From: an uncultured Spirochaetota bacterium | GTDB taxonomy: Bacteria > Spirochaetota > Spirochaetia > SZUA-6 > Fen-1364 | Direction: 5' to 3' | Assembly (NCBI GenBank): GCA_963845535.1 | Contig: CAWJSK010000016.1 | Span: forward strand, 70,422 to 134,421 | Length of the DNA stretch: 64,000 nucleotides | Part shown: piece by piece, positions 58,515 to 64,000 of the stretch | Position numbering within the stretch: position 1 is the first letter of the stretch | Layout of the letters: each line of letters opens with the position of its first letter | Notes under the pieces: model-generated | Told to the model about the DNA's origin: nothing | Seen by the model: the letters and a program-made list of their open reading frames with translations, nothing else | Database searches by the model: none | Translations under genes and position numbers: made by a program

Positions 58515-59546
58515 TCAGCGGACGGCAGGGACTTCGGCGTTACGCCTCACCGCTATCATCTGCGCAAGGATTGACACGGCAAGCTCGGCCGGCGTCTCCG
58601 CCTTGATGTCGAGCCCGATGGGCGCGTGCAGGCCGTCGATCTTTCCCTGATCGAAACCGTCACTGCGAAGCTGCTCGCGCAGGAGTTTCGCCTTGCGCTC
58701 GCTGCCGATGAACCCCGCATAGCGATACTTCTTCTTGAGCACTGCCCGGACGCACTCGAGGTCCGTGAGGTGCCCTCGCGTGACCATCACGACGTAGGTG
58801 GCGGAGTCGGATGGGAACCGGCTGACCACGTCCGTGTAGCTTCCGCAGAGCGTCTGCGCGCCGGGCGGAAACCTGCCGGCCGCGGAGAACTCCTTACGAT
58901 CGTCTGCCACGGTGATCTTGAAGTCCAGCCTGGCAGCCAGCGCCGCCACGGCCTGTCCAACGTACCCGCCCCCCAGGATCAGAAGCTTCTCCTCGGGGAA
59001 CACAGGATCGAAAAAGACCCTCTCCTCCTCCTGGAACGTCGGCCTGCCGGAGTCGAGGCAGCGCTCCGCGCCCCGGCGGACGGCGGTGGGAAGCGAATGG
59101 AAAGCGGGAGAGCCTTTCTCATCCAGGACGGCGATGGCAACGGTGCCTGCCGGGTCCTCCACGCCGCCGGGCAAGGTCTTGGCGATCAGGACCCTTTCCC
59201 CCTGCTCGAGCTTCTTGAACGCGATCCGATATGGCTCACGGTCGGCAATGTATTCGACGAGGATCCTGGCAGTGCCTCCGCAAATCATGTCCTGGCCTTC
59301 CACCTCCGCTCCCTGGAAGTCCAGGCTGAGCAGGGCCGCATTCTTTCCCTGGATGCACTCCCCGGCCTTTGCGATTGCCCGAGCCTCTCCCTTGCCGCCC
59401 CCCACGGTTCCGGCAAATACCGACCCGCCACGGACGAGCATCTTTGATCCCGGATGCCTCGGCACGGAACCACGGGCGTCGATCACGGTCACAAGAGCAA
59501 GGTCCTCACCGGTTTCTACAATCGCTTTGAAGATCTCGTAGCTCAT
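58515..59546 (-). CDS. xdhC: XdhC/CoxI family Moco chaperone
   Basis: GSVPR, GTVGGG, MICGG, TRGH, FIGS, APIGLDIKAETPAELAVSI. Confidence 0.92.
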   Translation of the reverse strand: MSYEIFKAIVETGEDLALVTVIDARGSVPRHPGSKMLVRGGSVFAGTVGGGKGEARAIAKAGECIQGKNAALLSLDFQGAEVEGQDMICGGTARILVEYIADREPYRIAFKKLEQGERVLIAKTLPGGVEDPAGTVAIAVLDEKGSPAFHSLPTAVRRGAERCLDSGRPTFQEEERVFFDPVFPEEKLLILGGGYVGQAVAALAARLDFKITVADDRKEFSAAGRFPPGAQTLCGSYTDVVSRFPSDSATYVVMVTRGHLTDLECVRAVLKKKYRYAGFIGSERKAKLLREQLRSDGFDQGKIDGLHAPIGLDIKAETPAELAVSILAQMIAVRRNAEVPAVR

Positions 59547-59632
59547 CTGCGTTTTCTCCTGAAATGTCCACCATCAACTGTAACTCTTTGCTGCTCAACG
59601 AGGGAAGCAGTCGGACCGACACTAAAGAAAGA

Positions 59633-60478
59633 ATGTCATCCTTGAAAACCCTTCCGTGGCGCAGCACGCCACGAACCGGTCCGCGGTTCGACATCACCCA
59701 CGGCGGACTCTTCGATGAGTCAGCGGCCGCCTACGATCATCATCGGCCCGCATACCCGGACGTGGTCATCCAGGAAATGATCGACCTGTCGAACCTGCGG
59801 CCCGGCTCCCGCCTCCTGGAGATCGGATGCGGCACGGGGCAGGCGACGCTCCCCCTCGCCTACCGCGGCTATGCCATGGATTGCGTGGACCCCGGGAAGA
59901 ACATGATTTCCGTGGCTCGGGAGAAGCTCAGGCTGTGGCCCCATGTCCGTTTCATCTCTGAGCGCTTCGAAAAGGCCGCGCTTCCTTCGGGCGCCTACGA
60001 CCTGGTCTTTTCCGCCCAGGCGTTCCACTGGATAGCTCCGGAGATACGGCTGCGAAAGACCGCCCGCCTTCTGCGCGCGGGAGGATCGATTGCGCTCGTG
60101 TACAACTATCCGGCAGCCCCCCAGGGGGAAGACCTCGAGATGCTTTCGAGCCTGATCCATCGGGAATCCGGTGGCCGTCTTTGCAGATGGGACTACGAGG
60201 ATGAGGTGCGGGGATGGTCCCGGGAAATGGACGGGTGCGGTCTTTTCCAACAGCCCAGCATCTGTCGCCATTCATGGCACCAGACGTATACGGCGGAGGA
60301 ATACGTCGGACTTTTCCGCACGTATTCGGATTTTCTTTCCCTCCCCAGAACCCTTCAGCAAAGAGTTGCTGCCTGCATCCACCGCTTCATCACCCGGCGC
60401 GGCGGGAGCATCTGCCGTCCCTACCATTGCCTCCTCATCCACGCGCAGAAGAGGCTGACGCCCTCAGGGGCTCGATAG
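59633..60478 (+). CDS. Class I SAM-dependent methyltransferase
   Basis: RPAYP, LEIGCGTGQ, AQAFHW; start uncertain. Confidence 0.88.
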   Translation: MSSLKTLPWRSTPRTGPRFDITHGGLFDESAAAYDHHRPAYPDVVIQEMIDLSNLRPGSRLLEIGCGTGQATLPLAYRGYAMDCVDPGKNMISVAREKLRLWPHVRFISERFEKAALPSGAYDLVFSAQAFHWIAPEIRLRKTARLLRAGGSIALVYNYPAAPQGEDLEMLSSLIHRESGGRLCRWDYEDEVRGWSREMDGCGLFQQPSICRHSWHQTYTAEEYVGLFRTYSDFLSLPRTLQQRVAACIHRFITRRGGSICRPYHCLLIHAQKRLTPSGAR

Positions 60479-60526
60479 GGTGCATCGCGCGAAGCGCGAT
60501 CAGACGCGCCATCGCCCGACAGGCTC

Positions 60527-61039
60527 CTAACCGTCACTCCCTGGCAAAGGGGGCGGACGCAGGGGAACCGGCGATGACTGGATGATGGTCGTCGTGGTTG
60601 AACCATGGGCCAGGAAGATGTCCAGGAGGCGGTCAAGCTGGTTGATGGCGGGAATGTGCACCTTGAGAATAAAGCAGTCCTCACCGGTCACCCGATGGCA
60701 CTCCACAACCTGCGGGATCTGTCGGGTGAGCTCCGCAATTTTCGGGAGTTGTCCGGGGTTGGGACGGATGCGGATGTACGCGGAGACCGGCAGTCCCAGC
60801 GCCGCGGGATCAATGTCCAGGTGGTACCCCCGTATCACGCCCGTCTCCTCCATTCTTCGCACGCGCTCCGTCACCGAAGGTGAGGACAAACCGACACGGC
60901 GTCCGAGCTCCGTCATGGAAAGCCGCGGCTCGCGCTGAAGCTCCCCGAGGATGCGCACATTCACCGCGTCGAGCCTCCCGTCCAAAGGCCCTAAGGCAAA
61001 AATCCCTTTTTGCCTTTCATCTTGAGGGTTGTTCTTCAT
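60527..61039 (-). CDS. Lrp/AsnC family regulator
   Basis: ELGRRVGLSSPSVTERVRRME, ECHRVTGEDC. Confidence 0.92.
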   Translation of the reverse strand: MKNNPQDERQKGIFALGPLDGRLDAVNVRILGELQREPRLSMTELGRRVGLSSPSVTERVRRMEETGVIRGYHLDIDPAALGLPVSAYIRIRPNPGQLPKIAELTRQIPQVVECHRVTGEDCFILKVHIPAINQLDRLLDIFLAHGSTTTTIIQSSPVPLRPPPLPGSDG

Positions 61040-61093
61040 TCTTCCTCATAATCAACATAGATTCTCGAAAAATCCCTTCGTATCCTTGCATTC

Positions 61094-61984
61094 ATGAACG
61101 TACGAACCAACGACGCGCCGGGTCAAGCGCGAAAGATTCCCCCTCACGCATACTTCTTCGTAAGCGCGATTTTCCATTACCTGGGGCCGGCTTTTGCGGT
61201 GCTCCTTTTCTCCAGCGTCTCGGTCCTCGGCGTCGCGTGGCTGAGAATAGCAACCGCGGCAGTCGTATTCGCAGCCTGGCGCCGGCCATGGAGGGCGTTC
61301 ACGTCAGGCTCCGCGGCAACGCGCTGGCTTCTCCTTGGAATGGGAGTCGTGTTGGGCCTCATGAACGCCTGCTTCTATCTCGCCATATCGAGGATCCCCC
61401 TCAGCACCGTGGGCGCCATCGAGTTCATTGGGCCCGTGGCGCTGGCGGCCTTCGGCAGCCGCACAATCCGCAACATGCTTGCCCTGGCTCTTGCAGCGGC
61501 AGGGGGATGGCTGCTCACCGACGTACGCCTGGCAGGGCAGCTCCTGGGATTTCTGTTCGCCTTTGCGAACTGCGGCCTCTTCGTCTTGTACGTGGTGCTG
61601 GGCCACAGGATTGCGAGGGACGGCGGGGCAGCCGGGATCGACAGGCTGGGCGCAGCCATGCTTGTTGCCCTGGTCACTATAACGCCCCTCGGGTTGACTG
61701 ACGCGCTGCCGGCGTTCACGCGGCCGGCGCTTCTCCTCGCGGGCATCGGCGTGGGGATCTGCTCGTCCGTGATCCCCTACGTTACTGATCAGCTTGCCAT
61801 GGCAAGGCTGCCCCGGGCCACTTTTGCGCTCATGCTGTCGATCCTCCCCGCAACGGCCACTCTCATCGGGGCCGTCCTCCTGCACCAGGTCCCCACCTTG
61901 GTGGAAGGAGCGGGAATCCTCATGGTGGCCGGTGGAATTGCAGTTCACAAAGAGGCTGAGCCGGCGAAGGCGCAGTCGGCTTAG
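61094..61984 (+). CDS. EamA/RhtA-like exporter
   Basis: Multi-TM DMT pattern, FYLAISRIPL..V.AIEF.GP, SSVIPY. Confidence 0.88.
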   Translation: MNVRTNDAPGQARKIPPHAYFFVSAIFHYLGPAFAVLLFSSVSVLGVAWLRIATAAVVFAAWRRPWRAFTSGSAATRWLLLGMGVVLGLMNACFYLAISRIPLSTVGAIEFIGPVALAAFGSRTIRNMLALALAAAGGWLLTDVRLAGQLLGFLFAFANCGLFVLYVVLGHRIARDGGAAGIDRLGAAMLVALVTITPLGLTDALPAFTRPALLLAGIGVGICSSVIPYVTDQLAMARLPRATFALMLSILPATATLIGAVLLHQVPTLVEGAGILMVAGGIAVHKEAEPAKAQSA

Positions 61985-62104
61985 GTTTGACGCTCTGCTT
62001 GTTAGGCGGCACTTCGCGAGGGCATGGTGTCTCGCGGTGAGGCGGTGGAAGGCCTGGCCCGAGCTACTCCATGATGCGGCCGACTCGGGCTAACAAGCCC
62101 GATG

Positions 62105-62654
<550 letters not shown>

Positions 62655-62756
62655 TACCTAAGAGTACCGCCGATGGGGGCAGCTAGCAACTATGCCCTTC
62701 ATTTCCGCGGATACGCCGTCGATTCGCACGAGCGTACCCATGACGCTCTCGGCTCC

Positions 62757-62827
62757 GCCTGACATAGAGTTCACGTGCCGCCCCGAACGAAGACAAATGC
62801 CGGCGGTTCAAGGTTCTACGGTTAAAG
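62757..62827 (-). mobile_element. Degenerate attC-like site downstream of vapC
   Basis: GCCTGAC-ATAGA-GTTCACGTGCCGCC resembles the arm of the 63568 site; partner arm decayed. Confidence 0.4.
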
Positions 62828-62869
62828 TTCCGAATGGCGCACCAGGACTTGCGTGCTTCCTCGCCGCTT

Positions 62870-63247
62870 TCAACCGGCTTGTTTCTTGTATTTGACATTC
62901 GGCATTCCCTCAAAATGGGAATCCTGTGTCCACAGAACGGCGTTGTTCACTTTTGCCGTGGCTAAGATGACACTGTCTGCAAGAGGCAACTGATTGTCAA
63001 TGCTAATGCGAGCGGCACTCAGAGCTATTCTTGAATCCAATTCAACAATTTTGCCTTGCTGCATGACGGCCACTACTTGAAGAGCTTCATTCTCTGATCG
63101 TTGTTGAACAATCCGTCTGAAGACTTCGTAAAGGCTTATCGTTGGGACAACCAGTTCGGAAGTGTTCTCAATGGCCTCAGCAAAGAAGTTTGAGTTTGGC
63201 CCTGCGGCAACATATTCTAGCCAGGCACTTGAGTCTACAACATTCAT
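62870..63247 (-). CDS. vapC: VapC PIN-domain toxin
   Basis: VVDSSAW, LYEV, LADSVILATA, WTQD; lower GC. Confidence 0.92.
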   Translation of the reverse strand: MNVVDSSAWLEYVAAGPNSNFFAEAIENTSELVVPTISLYEVFRRIVQQRSENEALQVVAVMQQGKIVELDSRIALSAARISIDNQLPLADSVILATAKVNNAVLWTQDSHFEGMPNVKYKKQAG

Positions 63248-63450
63248 ATTCTATCCGATTCCCTTGGAATCTTTGTGTCTATTCCCTTGAGAAACCCTTT
63301 CATTCGTTTGATGGGCTTTACCGGAATCAATTCAATTCGATCCTCGAAAACGATAGTCTGTACCTTCTGTCCAGGAGTCAAGCCAAGCTGCTGCCTGACT
63401 TCTTTGGGAATAACGACTTGGTACTTCGGCGAGATCGTTACAGTGGTCAT
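63244..63450 (-). CDS. vapB: AbrB/MazE-type antitoxin
   Basis: ISPKYQVVIPKEVRQQLGL; ATGA overlap with vapC. Confidence 0.9.
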   Translation of the reverse strand: MTTVTISPKYQVVIPKEVRQQLGLTPGQKVQTIVFEDRIELIPVKPIKRMKGFLKGIDTKIPRESDRI

Positions 63451-63459
63451 GAATGACTC

Positions 63460-63517
63460 CTATCGATAAGGCAACCGTATGTCAATAAGAGTATCGATAG
63501 CGCATCGCTCAGGTCAA
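63460..63517 (-). promoter_or_regulatory. vapBC promoter with two TATCGATA palindromic boxes
   Basis: TATCGATA at 63461 and 63492; TTGACC-18-TACTCT on the minus strand. Confidence 0.55.
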
Positions 63518-63567
63518 GTGATAGTTGATCCGGCAGGACAACTATCAATTCGCTCTCGGCTTGGTGC

Positions 63568-63684
63568 GCCATAACATAGAGTTGACCAGCGCCGCCGCAT
63601 CATCCAGCCCCACCCGACGATTAGGACAAAGTTGGGCCTTATCAGACAAAATCTCAGGCGACTGGTCCAACGATTTGATATGGC
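63568..63684 (-). mobile_element. Integron attC site (117 bp)
   Basis: Minus strand GCCATATC-AAATC-GTTGGACCAG-T-CGCC...GGCG-CTGGTCAAC-TCTAT-GTTATGGC: R/L boxes, 5-bp spacers, extra unpaired bases. Confidence 0.72.
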
Positions 63685-63906
63685 CAACGCGTCCTCACAT
63701 CACGCCGATGTGTCATCTCAGCTCTAGAATGCCTTCAAAATAGAAAAAACAAAGACTGTCGTTTGTGCGATACCGCGCATAGCACCATGGAAAGTTGCTA
63801 TTCAGCTTATTGTGGTAATATCTCAAAATTCCTATATACAATGCACCTACCGACAAGTATGTTATTGCGAGACTCATTATAAGATGAGCGAAATGGAATA
63901 AAAGCG

Positions 63907-63930
63907 CTCCGGAGAACCCGGGGCGGTTCA
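63907..63930. mobile_element. Isolated IS3-family terminal inverted repeat
   Basis: Reverse complement TGAACCGCCCCGGGTTCTCCGGAG resembles IS629/IS6110 ends; no transposase adjacent. Confidence 0.7.
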
Positions 63931-64000
63931 ATCGGCGTCCCGACGAGCCATCTTAGCGATGGGCGCGGCCAGCCTGGTTGCGGCTTCACTTCGACCGGCC

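Overview
High-GC bacterial chromosome segment from an anaerobe. A spirochaete is plausible (Asp-type MurA, Treponema-like FabV/Ter, TatP(T)-like DctP, DUF342/FapA), but that is inference only. The centrepiece is a ~14 kb minus-strand locus (18286-32156) behind a consensus sigma-54 promoter. It encodes a multimeric [FeFe]-hydrogenase (HydC, HydD-like ferredoxin, HydB fused to a GltD-like FAD/NADP(H) module, HydA). Two different sensory-type hydrogenase/kinase fusions bracket it: an RsbT-like Ser/Thr kinase fused to a degenerate H-domain, and an H-domain fused to a histidine kinase followed by two receivers and a REC-PAS-kinase. The rest holds murA, superoxide reductase, peptide and sugar ABC transporters, three tandem M42 peptidases, two TetR modules with visible operators, a REC-PAS-FapA fusion, AddAB-like genes, moaADE, an ECF/anti-sigma module and xdhC. 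The right end has an integron-cassette-like remnant (attC, vapBC, IS3-family end). Six frameshifts, mostly in short base runs, suggest uncorrected sequencing errors. Several genes appear leaderless. All calls come from motif reading without database searches.
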